64,000 nt of DNA from Eledone cirrhosa (lineage: Eukaryota). Under the pieces are notes generated by a model. The model was not told the DNA's origin. It saw only the letters and a program-made list of their open reading frames with translations, and made no database searches. The position numbers and the translations under genes were made by a program. Location: the NCBI GenBank assembly GCA_964016885.1, contig OZ024742.1, positions 78,926,001-78,990,000 on the forward strand, written 5' to 3'. The first letter of the stretch is position 1. Each line of letters begins with the position of its first letter. This document shows positions 25,851 to 39,931 of this stretch, in pieces.

Positions 25851-26884
25851 TTGTTGCTGTCTTGGTTACACACTCTGTATTTATACAGGTATCATAGGAT
25901 CATGAATGACTATGTTTTTGGACCTAAAAAATTCCCCTTCGAGGCACAAGCCCATCTCCCCTGTCTACACCACTGCAGTTGTCCAAAGGAAAAGCAATGA
26001 CCAATAAAGATTTGCACCAGTGGCATCATAACTGAGTGAGCTGGAGCAGCATGAAATAAAGTGTTTTGCTTAAGAACACAGTCTGGGATTCAAACTCACA
26101 ACCTTACAATTGTGAGCTCAATGCTCTAACTAATAAGCCACATTCCTTCACTATACAGAAATACCCACCATTATATATATATATATATATATATTGAAAA
26201 AGTTATATTTGAATATGAAAGCGAGAGAGAGAGAGATTTAGATTTAGTACATCCTGTAATGTGCTTGACATTAAAAAGTGCATCCAACTGTAGAAACCAT
26301 ACTGAATATAGAATGTAACAAGCAAGACTTGTTGGTCTTACCAATGTAGTTTCAAACTAGAACATACTGTTCAATTCATGCCAACATGGAGAGGGGACAT
26401 AAAACAATGATGATGTGATAAAATATAAATATGAATTATATAAACGGCATGGATTAGTTCCGTAGTTCACTTCAGAACCACATGGTTTCAGGTTTAGTCT
26501 TACAACATGACATTTTGGTTGTCTTCAACTGAAGCCACATGCTGTCCAATGCTTTGTGATGTGAATTTTGTATAAGAAAATTGTAGAAATCCTCTTGAAT
26601 CTATATCAATATCACGTTTGGCATAATGCCATAGCAGCATCTTTTATACAAATTCCTGAAGTGCCATTGTTTATATCCTCATGTATAATGTCATGCAGCA
26701 TAGCTGTTCAATGAACATCAGCAATATATAAAATACATATGAAAAAAAAAAAGAAATGGGGCTGCAATCAGGAAAAAGTGGGCATAAAAATGCTGATGAT
26801 ATTTGTGTGTATATACATATATATGTGTGTGTGTGTCTGTATGTATATATATATATGTGAGTGTGTGTGTGTATATATATATAA

Positions 26885-27278
26885 TCATCATCATCATTAT
26901 CATCATCATTTTACATCCACTTTTCCCTGCTTGCAAGAGTGGGACAGGAACTGATTCTGGCTTGATTTCTACAACTGGATGCCCTTCCTAACACTAACTT
27001 CATTTACAGTGAGTGGTGGGTGCTTTTTTTCCATGGTGCCTACACGTCCGCTTTACAGTGTGGGCTGGGTGCTTTTTTGCCGTGGCACGTCCACAACCAC
27101 TTTGCAGTGGAATGATAGAGAACCCAGTCCTATCATCTCATTTCTACAGCTGAGTAAACTGGAACAATATGAAATAAAGTGTCTTGCTCAAGGAAACAAC
27201 ACATCACCCGGTCTGAGAATTGAACTCACAACCTTTCGATTGCAAGGCCAATGCTCTAACCACTAAGCCATGTGCCTC
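26885..27278 (-). mobile_element. SINE family 2, full length
   Basis: Reverse complement of 20916-21270, including tRNA head and LINE-A-type tail. Confidence 0.9.
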
Positions 27279-27280
27279 TC

Positions 27281-27657
<377 letters not shown>

Positions 27658-30233
27658 TTCAGGCTTATACAGGTAAAATACCATTATAAAAAATTTTTCA
27701 GTTTAACACTCGATATGTTAGGTCGGTCTTATTATATAGAATTTTTGGTTTTTGATTAGGCGAAAGCTGTTGATGAAGCCACAAGCGCCGATTATGCATT
27801 GTTGCATAATATACACTGACAGAGGGTGCAGTGCACCCTACTGCTGCATTAAGTGTGACCGACACTTGAGTTTAGGAACCCGTTTACGTGTGTTGTATTG
27901 AAGCGAATAACTATGTGTATACTCTGGAAGTGTATTTTACATTACCTATTGAGTACGCTGAGATGCAACCAGTCCTAGCATTGATACCTATTCTGGGCCC
28001 GTCAACTTCTTATTATATTTCAATATATATATATACACATACACGTGCAAACACACATATGTGTGCATGCGTATATGTTAATATGCATATGTATATGCAG
28101 CGAATTGGCAGTCAGTAAAGCAATGGCAAAACAGCTTTGATGAATTTATCCAGCACTCTGCGTCCAGGGTTCAAATTAGCTAAAGTAAATAGTGAACAAA
28201 CCTAGAGTTGTCTATTTATATATTATGTATCCAACCATAAATGAAATTTTGAAGTCATCATTAACCTGTTTCTATAAAAAACAATTTCAGTGTTTTTTTT
28301 GTTTTGTTTTTTTCAACTGGTTAACTGTTGTTAAGTATATACAAAAACATATACTTTAATATGTAGTTATGAGTGACATAAGTGAAGGTCAAATTAGTAT
28401 CATGAGGCATTGAGTGCAATTTTACTTGATTCATATCACAATGATTTTAAAAATTATATGTTCATGTTCCAACGCTCAATAGTCCAGTACTTACCTTCAC
28501 TTCAAAGTATCAGCTAAGGACTGAACTAAAATTTCAATTCTGGTCAAATGGTCAAATACAAATATTTCAGTTATAAAGGACACTAGGAGCTATTGAAAGC
28601 AATTTAATTAGCCATTAGTATTATGTTTGATGCAAAGTTAATCATCTGGTTGACATGTGCAAACATGTTCACTATTCACTTGACATCCAGGCTTACAAAC
28701 CATTTGTGGAGTTTCAGTTGATTCATCCATAGAGTTAAGATGAAAACATTTTTCTATAAAACATACAAAAAAAAATAGACATTAATTTTTACAGTATGGT
28801 TTCATGTTTTTAAATTACACAATTTTATTTTAATAATGATGATGCTAGTAGTCACCAGGGAAACTTTTCATCAGAAGCCTTTTCTTTGTGATTCAACAAA
28901 AGGAATTCATTTATGTGAAGACATTTAGATGCATGATAATAATTACTTTTTATTCTGGCAAAGACACACAGAGAAAAAAAAGATAAATAAAAGAATAAAA
29001 AAACACCTCATTGTTGGAATGTAATAAAAATAAAAAATGTCTTTGTGAGTCACAGATTGCATGCAGTGAAGGACAAAAAATATGCTGAATTGGTGGACAT
29101 GTCATGTGAATTCATGATACACTTTTGGTAGTCAGAGAAAGAAGACTGATGTGGGTTGATACTGTATATCAACAGGTATGAATTTCTTGAGAAAATTTGA
29201 GGAAGCAGTAGCTACAGCTGATCTGAGAATATTGAGTCTTACCTGTGATAAAGTGGGATATTTATAATTACCAATAAGGTAATTCTTTAAAGTTTGTATA
29301 TAAAATATATTTTTAATGGTATTTACTCTATATAGGACGATAAAAAAAGTATGAGTCGAGTACTGGGGTCAATTCTTCCACTATATTTCTTCATCCCTTC
29401 CACTCTCTCTCACTCTCTATCCTTATCTGGAAGAAATTGCTGAATTCAAACTTGGAGAGGAGATGGGCGGCACCAGGTTTTAAAATGCCTTAATAATGCT
29501 GTATGCCACTACAGGACCCCTACAACTTCTTCAGGAGTTATGGGTCCATACATATATAGAGAGAAAAGTAAATCGTAAAAGTGAATTTTAAGAAACAAAT
29601 TAAAGCATTTACAATTTACTGAGGAAACTGAGTAGCTACTTATTTCAAGGGGAAAAAAATGCTTTTTGTGTAAACTCATTCATATTTTAACACACACACA
29701 CATTCCAGGAGCTTTTACGAATAGGTACAAATTGGTGACATTTGCTCAAATATTCCGTTTTGGCATGAATTTTACATTATATATATATATTTTTTTTTTT
29801 TTTCCCTTCTTACTTTTTCTATGCCTCATTGTCATTTTTCTTTGTCTGTACGTTGGACTGCAGTTCACATAATTTTTTTTTGATTTTCCTATTTCTTTCT
29901 TTTCTATGTTTTTCTCCCTTGGCTAAGCCCTCATGTACTTTTCCCTCCCTTCTTTGTCAGTTGATGCACTTCAGATGTTTTTGCGTCTTTATTTGTATAA
30001 TTCGCCAAAGGTTACAAATTGTCCTGTTTTTGTCTCAACCTGTTTTGGTATGTCCCAATGTGGACTAGAATGAACATTACCAACCTTAATGCAGCGAAAT
30101 TGTAGCAATTTCCAGGAGCTGATTGAGGAGATGGAACTCTACATTTATCCATTGTCTTTGTCCTGTGTATCTCCTGTTTTGAATTCATATTCTAAAGACT
30201 TAGCTAAGCAAGCTTTTTTCATAGCTATATATA

Positions 30234-31540
30234 CAGGGTGTGGACGATATTTGTTCGCAATTTTCAACTACTAATTTTATGCAAATTTTTTTTACTTCCA
30301 TTGTCACTCTTGTCTTCATAAAAACAGTGATTATATTTCCATTATTTATTTTCAGAATAATTGATAATGAATAATTTTGAACCTCCAAATTTGTGGAAGA
30401 GACATGGAGTTCTTCTTGGAATCCGTGCCAGGAGGACAGATAAGGAAATTTCAGACTTTCTCAGCGTCAGCAGGAGAATGGTGGAAAAGGTCAGAAAGGA
30501 ATTGGAAGAATCAGGATTTGACTACGAAGCAACATCAGAGAGGAAAACACATGATCGACGATCTGACGCCTTCAGAATGCCCGTGTTCGTCGCTGAAGTT
30601 CAGGATATCATCAACAATGAACCTAGCAAGTCGATGCGTGCCATTGCAAGGGAGAAAGGCATGGATGAAAAGCTCATTAGGCTGGTGATACATGAAGACA
30701 TGTGCTACGTTTCATACAAGATAAGGAAAGGACAATTTCTGTCAAAGGCGATGCAAGAAAAGCGACTGAAGCACGCAAAGAAGCTGATCAACAAGTTGAA
30801 ACACCCACTGGAGCCAGACATGCTGTGGTTTTTCTCCGACGAGAAAAACTTCTGCCAAGACCAGATGATCAACTCCCAGAACAACAGGTGGCTCGCTGCC
30901 TCATCCACAGACGTGCCCAGAGTCATGCAGACAAAGTTTTGAGCGACAACATTGGTCTTAGGTGTCGTCAGCAGTCAAGGTGACACCATGCCACCTCACT
31001 TCTTCCCTGAGAGCCTCAAGCTGAACACCGATGGCTACATCCGCGTTCTGAGCGAGGTAGTAAAGCCCTGGATCAACCAGGTAGCTGCAGGTAGGCCGTA
31101 CATGTGGCAGCAAGACTCAGCGCCCTGCTATACCAGCTGAAAGACCCAAGCCTGGCTGTCAGAGAACTTCGTCAACCACACTTCACCTGACATCTGGCCT
31201 CCCAGCTCGCCTGATTGCAACCCCCTTGACTTCTTTGTGTGGGGCGCAGTGGAACGAGACACCAACAGACCTAACTGCAATACAAAAGACGATCTGAAGG
31301 CCAGGATCACAAGTGCCTTTAGGGGCCTAATTTGGGGGACAGTGATGAAGGCCTGTAGCCGGTTCCGAGGCCGCCTTGAGGCCGTCATCAAAGCCAATGG
31401 CGGGTTTATCGAGTGAGATCGAAAGAACAAGTCATGAAGACAAACTGACCTAAGTTTGATAAATATATCTTAAAAAATAAAACTACTGTGTTATTTTTTC
31501 CTAGACAGTAATCTTGCGAACAAATATCGTCCGCACTCTG
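30234..31540 (+). mobile_element. Full-length Tc1/mariner DNA transposon, DD37D (maT) family
   Basis: 27-bp TIRs CAGGGTGTGGACGATATTTGTTCGCAA (30234-30260) and 31514-31540 (2 mismatches), TA on both sides, 1307 bp. Confidence 0.95.
30367..31416 (+). pseudogene. DD37D transposase (~349 aa) interrupted by two in-frame TGA stops (30940-30942, 31138-31140), no frameshift
   Basis: HTH-like N-terminus; FSDEKNF; WQQDSAP followed by 37 residues to SPDCNPLD; ends GGFIE*. Confidence 0.92.
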
Positions 31541-34241
31541 TATATATTAAAATGCTAAAGTCTGTTCTAAGCTAAAGGCTCATCAGGCCAGTGCTTTCCT
31601 TGGCATTAAGTGACTGAGAGAGATATATAAACATTACCATCATCACCATTTTATATGTTTTCCATGGGTTAGCCATGTTCTGTGTCTAGGCCTGTCATAT
31701 GGTGGCATCCCACTCATACGTTCTATTCTGGCATGGTTTCTATGGCTGGATACACTTCCTAATGCCACTTATAGACAGAGACTTTTATAAATGTACTAAC
31801 AATGTAAAACATACTTCGACTTACATGTATGTGAAAACATTCATACCACTGAATATTTAGGTAGACAATTCTTTTCTTTTATTCGTTCATTTGCCTATTG
31901 TAATTATATTTCTTGTTCTAACTATGAGCAACATCTAGTGTAACACTGGTTTGTTTGTATGATAATATGCTGTACTGCAAACCTACCCAAATCATGCCAA
32001 CAGCAAAGCAATGAACAAGGGTGGTGAAGAAAGTATAAAAAAAAAAATAGAGAGAAAGAGAAGAAAAAAAACAATGATGATGATGACATTCATGGTGATG
32101 AAAACTCTCTTTGTTAAGAATGATGATTCAGAAGCAGTTAAATTTTTTTCTTTAAATTATATTTACTTCTTGATATTTTTATTTATTTGTTTACATTTCT
32201 CATAAATTTCAGGTGACAGGTTTTTCACCAATGCCTTAAGATAATGGAATTCTTGGTTGTACAGCTGAACTTTGGATCCATGGATTTATTTGCTGCTTTT
32301 GAAATGTCATGCAAACAGCTGTTTATTCTGGGATTTCTACTTCTTTGTTTGATGAGTCAAATACATAAGCTGCAGTTCTTTGAAATACAATAGAATGATG
32401 TCTAATCTGCAATATCTTCATAGCAGTGCTGTGCTAGCCTTTCTGGCTGCAAGCAGTTATATAGCACTTTAGAAATCTTATACATTCAGTCATTCAATGT
32501 TAAAAGGGAAATCATATTTTCATGAGCTATGATGACTTAAGATCAGTATTTAGGTCTAGTTTAAATAGCATTAGGATTCAAAAACACTATAAGGTCATGC
32601 GGAATAGGATATTGGTTTATTATGTATTATGCTCAAATAAATTATTATTAATCTATTTTCAGCATATGGCTGTGTGTTTAAGAAGATTGCTTCAGAGCAA
32701 TGTATATTAGGGTTTAGGCCCATTGTATAGTACATTGGGCAAGTCTTCTACCACATTGTCAACATTGTCAAGCTGACCAATACCTTGTGAGTGAATTTAG
32801 AAGACAGAAACTGTAAGGAAGCCTGTTGTGTGTGTATATCTATTATGATCTGGAGTATAGTGGCACAATGAATGTTAATAAGGTATATAACAATATATAC
32901 CATATTAGAATAGGTATAGGGTGGTTCCAGGAAAGGCATCCAACTGTAGAATAATTGCATTAGAATGCATCATGGAAAAAATCAACATAAAAACAATGCT
33001 AATATTGATAAGTTAATTAATATTTCCTCATCATCATCATCATTGTCATTGTTTAATGTCCATGCTTGCATGGGTTAGATGTGTTGCCAGATTATGAGTC
33101 AAGTCAGGTCCAGAGAGCATGCCTTGCTCATACAGATTTGTATTTTGACTTGGTTTCTATGGTTGGATGCCCTTCCTAAAACCAACCATGTTACAGTGTG
33201 TACTGGGTGCTTTTTACAAAAAACCAATGAGATATCTAAATGGTTGGTAGATATGCTAGAAATAACTGCTAAATTTCCAACAAACTGCAGCATTTTGATG
33301 TAATGAAAGAATACATTGGATTATGCAGTCCAAATGATATCATTCCTTAAATAAGAAAACACAAAGCAAAACAGAGTGAATGTTTTTGATCAAAGATCTA
33401 TTTGATCAGGGTTAACTTGCTGCTTAGCAGCAGTAAGTTCTGCAATTAATATGTCACATAAAGAGTCCATTCGGTCACAAATGACCTTGAGATTTGATCC
33501 AAGAAAGTACAATTCCCCCCGAGACACAAGTCCAGGCAAAATTGTTTGTGGAAGACCAGCAATCACCCATGCATACCGGCCTTCTCGCTCCAAGCCACCG
33601 ATGTTGTCCAACATGAACTTACCACAATAACTTACAACAACCAGATTGCAAGCCCAATGCTCTAACTACTAAGCCATGCACCTTCACAATATGTCATATA
33701 TTACACTCATTCATTTAATTAATGTTACAGAAGCCCTTGTAACAAGTCACGTAATACATTAAACAAATGAGTGAGTCAAGCTTAGTAGCAACTGTTTTTG
33801 GATTGATAAAATAAACTGATGTAGTGTGGGATGTCCCCAGCTTGATATACAATAAAACACGGAGCAGATACATATGCATGATCTGTGCGCAGAAAGAAAC
33901 ATCTCCTCTACTGTCATAACCTAGTAAAACATATCTTTTGTTAGCACATTTCTAATGAAAGTTATTGCCTATAATTTTAAATACTTTTGAAAATAATTAA
34001 GAATTTTGGAAGATTTAGTAATATAACTTTTACATTATTTATCTGGTGCTTGGAACATAACTTGACAATTTCATGAACATATATTTTATAAAAACACTGA
34101 CCAGGATGTTTAAATTACATTGAAAATAATCTAGAATTTGGATAGATATAATATAACAAACTTTCTCATTATAAGTTAGTAGTTGGAATATATTTTAAAG
34201 GTTCTTATATAGAATTGTCACGGGAGGATTTTAGATAAATA

Positions 34242-35106
34242 CTAGCAGAATGGCCTGGCATTGCTCGGGATTCTAAACATAGATTGGCATGTTTATCCCT
34301 CCTTTCTGAAACAGTACAGAGAAGTACAGAATACTTCGGCCTGGGGATAGTGTCTACATTTTGTGCTTATAAAAAAAAAATTGTTGTAGATTACCAGGGA
34401 TTTAACTTAATTGGGTGCCTGAGATGTTCAACCCATGAAAGCAAAGATGATAGGGTTAAGTAAAAAGGCATTCGACAAACCGAACATGTATTTGTTGTGC
34501 TATGGTACAAAAAAAGCAATACTTACAGAGCAGTAAGCATGTGGAACTGCAGTGGTGGAGAGCATGAAGGAATTTAGTTGGATACTTTTAAGGTTACAGG
34601 TCCTAATGCAACCAAAATGCTAAACATATGCAGTCCCTAGGCAACAATTTGAAATGTTTTTCAGTCAAGAAAATTTGTGAAACATAAGTAATACATATGC
34701 AAAGTTAAAAAGAAATCGGTTGGGTACTTCTCAAGTTACAGGCCCTAACGCAACCAAAATGCTTTAAAAAATCGGTTTTTCGCCTAATGCGGTCCCTGGG
34801 GCAAAAAAAATGAGAAAATCTTTTTTTTTGCTCAAAACACTTTAAACAACATAAGTAATGCAAATTTCGAAGAAATCACCTGGATTATTGTTCCGTTATG
34901 CCTCAAAAAAAGCCTTTAAAGCCTAAAATATGTGGTTTTTTGCCTAATGCGGTCCCTAGGGCATTGAAAATTTGACATATTTTTTTGCTCAAAACACTCA
35001 CACGACCATAAGTATTATATGTGTAAAGTTTGAAAAAAATCGGTTGGGTGGTTCTCGAATGTTAGGGAGACAGACAGACAGACATTTTCTGTTTTAGATA
35101 TATAGA
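34242..35106 (-). mobile_element. Non-autonomous Helitron with internal ~140-bp tandem repeats
   Basis: Minus strand begins TCTATATATC..(TGTC)n and ends with imperfect hairpin CCCGAGCAATGCCAGG then ..CTAG|T; no TSD; internal repeats CCTAATGCGGTCCCT..GCTCAAAACACT. Confidence 0.75.
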
Positions 35107-35729
35107 GAAAGAGAAACACATTAAAGCAAACAATGTTATCCTGTAGAATCAGAGGCAATTTCAGGCAGTTTGGTATCAAAAAGATTCTTACGTAGAATTA
35201 TGATGGAAAGATTTGTTTAAATAAATAGAAACAGCTTTGTATTATAGAATCATAGGTGGTTTCAGGCAGTTTAGTTTTAAAAGGGTTACCTATGGCTATC
35301 CTGCGGTTAAATAACTAGAAACAAATGAGAATTCTCAAAGAGCGCAACACAAAAACATTGAATACCAGCATAGAAATCACACGGCTCATTACATATCCTA
35401 AGAGAGTAAAGAAACCCAACTGCTTGGCAGTCACGCCTTTCTAAAGATCATTAGCAATGTAAGTGAAACAACTTCATTATAATCAGAGAGAATTACAATA
35501 GAGAATCGCCAAATGTATGCATACTGTACAGCTAGTACAGGATGCAATATAAAAAAATAAAAAATACACCACAATTCCTCAGAAGCCTATCTGTTCTAAA
35601 TATTGTGGAGCCACTATCAGTTTACTAGATTTATTAGAAATAGCAGGTAAATATTTCTCAAATAACACTATAGCCTTGTTTAAAAAAATAGAAATATTGG
35701 GTAATACAAGAGGTATATACAAGAGGTAT

Positions 35730-36420
35730 ATTCTTGTTTTGTCAACCTTGAAAAGGCTTATAACTGCGTTCCTCAGGATATGGCGTGGAAGGATCTGCAG
35801 GAGTATGGGATCGATGGTTAGCTTCTTGCTACTCTGATGTCTCTATATGAATGCCCAAGTATTTGTGTTTGAATAAATGGTGCTAAATCGAAACCATTCA
35901 ATGTGGGACTCTGCCAAGGGTGTGTATTGTCACCTCTCCTGATCATTATTTATATGAACAAGCGTTGGATTGGCAGTGTCGGTAGATGATCGGACGCTAT
36001 GCTTTGCAACATAGAATTACGCCCCTTTGCGTTCTGAGTTCAAATCCCGCCGAGGTTAACTTTGCCTTTCGTCCTTACGGGGTCGATATAATAAAGTACC
36101 AGTAACGTACTAGGATAATTGGTGGCCTTGTGCCAAAACTAGAAACAATTATTTATATGAACAGGATTGATATGTGCAGCCGGGTTTAAGTGGTCATGAG
36201 GTTGGAATGTATCAGGAAAGAATCGTTGGACAGATTTTATGGGCAAGACCAACAGGCAGGAGACCCAGGGGTAGACCACGAGCATGAGCTTGGCTGGTCT
36301 CACTTGGGGATCCAGCTGGATCAGTTGGAGATGGTTGCTTCTGACAGAACCCACTGGAAGGAGTGTTTGAGGTCCAAAGACCAATGACCCTTTCAGGAAA
36401 AAGTGGGAGAAGAAGAAAAA
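35730..36420 (+). mobile_element. Internally deleted RTE LINE of a distinct (Expander/BovB-like) lineage, interrupted by a SINE
   Basis: CFVNLEKAY..VP, GLCQGCVLSPLL.IIYM (RT), then PTGRRPRGRPR and LEMVASDRTHW; (GAA)-type tail. Confidence 0.8.
35961..36147 (+). mobile_element. SINE family 1 with 16-bp TSD
   Basis: TSD ATTATTTATATGAACA at 35945-35960 and 36148-36163. Confidence 0.92.
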
Positions 36421-36632
36421 AGAAAAAGAAAACGAAAAGTAGATGAGAAAGAAAGAAACGAAAATGAATGAAAAGAAGAAAAAAGAAAAGACAAAGAAAA
36501 GAAAAAGGAAAAGGAAAAGAAGGAAAAGGAGAAAAAGAAAAAAAGAAGAAAAAGGAATAAGAAAAAAAGAAGAAAAAGGAATAAGAAAAAGAAGAAAAAG
36601 AAGAAAAAGAAGAAAAAGAAAAGAAGAAGGGT
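36405..36632. repeat. Purine-rich (GAA/GAAAA)n tract
   Basis: Nearly all A/G; follows directly from the LINE tail. Confidence 0.9.
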
Positions 36633-36934
36633 AATACAGTTAGGCAGCATATTATTATATTAGAGCCTCTACCTGGTTTATGATCAGCTAGAAATAGCAA
36701 CTATATCTGAGAAGGTTGACCTGTAACTAAACAACAACCTTGACAAGCCATCACTAAACATTTAGTAATAAATCAACACTCCATCTAGTGAAGTTACCAT
36801 TCACATCAGTTTACATATTTACACATACATCCACTTATATATAACTTATATTTATTCATCTGTTTTCTCTGCCACTGTCTGCATGTCTGTCTGTCTGTTG
36901 CCCTTTCTCATTCTCCTTTCTCCACAAATGAGAT

Positions 36935-37325
36935 ATGATGGTGGGAATGATGGTGGTAGTGCTAGTAGTACTGATAATGTTAGTGGTGGTGGTGGTGGTA
37001 GTGAAAGTAGGATGATAGTCATGGTAGCGGCGGTGGTGGTGATAATGATGTGCTGGTAATGAAGGTAATATGATAGTGAAGGTAGTTGAGGTGATGGTGG
37101 CCACTGAATAGAAAAATTCTAGAAAGTGGTGGTGATGGGTGTGTGGTGATGGTGGTGGTGGTGGTGGTAATGATGATGGGGTGTGGTGATGTGGGTGGTG
37201 GTGATGGTGGTGGTGGTGGTGATGATTGTGGTAGTGATGGAGGTGGTGTTGGTGATGGTGGTGGTGGTGGTGATGGCAGCAGCACTGATAACCTTGGTGA
37301 TACTGCCTCTACTATTGGTGGCCAC
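36935..37325. repeat. (GGT/GAT)n low-complexity tract
   Basis: Source of the poly-P/T/H/G ORFs. Confidence 0.9.
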
Positions 37326-37664
37326 CACCACATAGAAACATTCTAACAAATGGTGGAAAGGTTAGTGATGCTGCTGCTACTGATGGCAGCCACCTCACAG
37401 AAACATTCTAGCAAATGTCAGCCAGAACTCATTAACCACATACTGCTGTTGCTGAAAGTAAATACTGTCAATGAACCAACAAATATTCACCCACACCCAT
37501 ACACACCTACAAATAGAGAAAGAGAGAGTTGGGGTGTATACAGAGATATTTATATATATATATATCCCCCCCCCCACTCTCAAGAGTGTGAACCTAATAA
37601 ACTTTTATTTGTACTACCTCTCTCTTTTTGTTCCTGTCCAAGTTTTCACTATATATATATATAT

Positions 37665-39931
37665 ATCATCATCATCATCATTTTACGTCCGCTATTCCCT
37701 GCTTGCAAGGGTGGGATGGGTCTTATTCAGCATCTGTCCACTCGTCATGGTCCTTCGTCATCTCCACCGTGATCTTCAACGATCTGAGGTCTGTTCTCAC
37801 CACCTCCACCCATGTTTTTTGTGGTCTACCTCTACCACGTCTTCCTTCAACCGGCATTTCCTGGCACTTCTTCACCCATTGGTCATCCTCCATGCGCATC
37901 ACATGTCCATACCACCTCAGTCTCCTCTCCCATACACTACATTCTATCCCTCTCAGACACAGTTTTTCTCTCAACTCATTCATGCTGGGTCGTTCACGCA
38001 CATTTACACTGCACATCCAATGTCGCATGCTTGCCTCATTTCTCTCCAGCCATCGCATATCCTCTGCAGTTGCTGCCTATGCAGCATCGCACTCCTCACA
38101 CAGGCATCATATAACCGGCCTTTCGTACGCAGGGAGAAACTCTTCTTCGTCAGCATAGGAAGCAGCTCCCTAAACTTCTTCCAACCCGTCCTTATTCTAG
38201 ATACTATGGCCTCGGAATACCCCCCCCCTCCCATGCTAATCTGATCTCCTAGGTACCGGAAGCTATCCACCACTTCTATAGCACCCGCCTGCATTTGAAA
38301 AATGTGTCTACCAATGCGACTTCTACTGTCTAATTTCCCTGTACATCTACTGCATACATATTTCTCCCTACCTGTTAGTTTGCCTGCTATCCCGCTACAT
38401 CTCTTGTGTACCCAGGATCTGCATTGTGTGCATTTTATAGAATTTATGCCAGTTCCTTTTCTGCATATCGAACATGGCCATTTCCCCAATGGAATCAGAG
38501 TTTTGTCCTCTTTTCTACTCATCAACACTTTTGTCTTAGCTAGGTTCACTCTCAGTCCTCTTGCTTCCAACTGCTGTTTCCATAGCCAGAATTTATTCTC
38601 TAGCTCCTCTACTGATTCTGCTATAAGAACCAGATTGTCAGCATAGAGAAGCTCCCATGGACAGCCAGTCTTAAACTCCTCTGTTATGGATTGGAGGACT
38701 ATAATGAACAAGAGCGGGCTGAGGACCGAACCTTGATGTACTCCTACTTGTATCTGGAATTCCTCACTAAACTCCATTCCTACCCTGACTTTACTGAGAG
38801 TACCTCTGTACAAAGTTTGCACTGTCCTCACAAGCCATTCCTCAACACCTCTCACCAAGAAGAGGGCATCTGTTGTACTCTTCCCAGGCACAAAACCAAA
38901 CTGCATCTCATCTAGTTTGACCCTTTCTCTAATTAGTAGTGCTAATATCCTTTCTGCCACTTTCATAACCTGATCCATCAGTTTTATACCCCTATAATTG
39001 CTCCTCTCCAGAGCATCCCCTTTATCTTTGTAGCAATTTATGAGCATACTGCTGCACCAGTCTTTGGGTATGACACTACCATATATAGCCTGATTGATGA
39101 TGCATGCAACCAGTTTAGTGCCTACGTCCCCTGATGCCTTCAGCATCTCAGCAACTATTCCCGATGGTCCAGCAGCCTTACCATTTTTAATTTCCTTAAT
39201 CGCCTCTTGGACCCTATATTCATCAATCTCAATAGCTGGTCCCTCTGTCGGATCTACTAAGGGTAATTTCTCTCTCTCCCATTCGTTCTCCACATTCATC
39301 AGTCTCTCATAATGACATTTCCAGGCCTCCTTTTTCTGATCACTCGTAACACCAAGTACACCGGCATCATTCCGGACACATTTATCTCCAACAACATCCT
39401 GATTTGCATTGACACACTGCCTTGCAATGTGGAACACCGCACGTCTCTGATCTTCCCGTCGCAGAACATTGGCAAACCTCCTACTATCAGCCTCCCTGCG
39501 TGCTAAGTACACCTGACGTCTAGCTTCTCTCTTAGCGGCTGTATATTCTTCCCTACTCCCACCCTTTTCCCAAGCCTTCAATGCTAGTCTTCTGTCTCTA
39601 ATGGCCTTATCTACTGTGCTGTTCCACCACCAGGTCACTCTCTGTCTGGTTGGATCTCTGCTCCAGCCACAGGTTTCATCAGTAGCCTTCAGCAAGTTGT
39701 CACGTAAGAACTTCCAGTTATTATCTATGTCATACGTCTCTAAATCGTCTTCTTTTTCGACATACACATCTTGAAGGGCTTTCCTAAATTTGTATTTTAG
39801 TGAAAGGTCTTTTAGCTTCCAGACCTTTCTTCTCCACACCTTCCTGTATGTCTCATTCCATCTCTTGCTTACTGAGATATCACTAACGGCTAACCTATGC
39901 TGTGGGGTACATTCTTCCCCAGGGTATGCCT
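37665..39931 (-). mobile_element. RTE LINE lineage A copy 2, 5'-truncated and RT-dead
   Basis: Highly similar to 4465-6861; 671-aa ORF lacks the DLEKAFD motif (in-frame ~117-bp deletion near 38850) and has YADN instead of YADD; PHD finger present; (TA)n flanks. Confidence 0.95.

Noticed and set aside
37019-37349. Proline/threonine-rich extensin- or mucin-like ORFs
   Set aside because: Translation of GGT/GAT low-complexity DNA with no splice support
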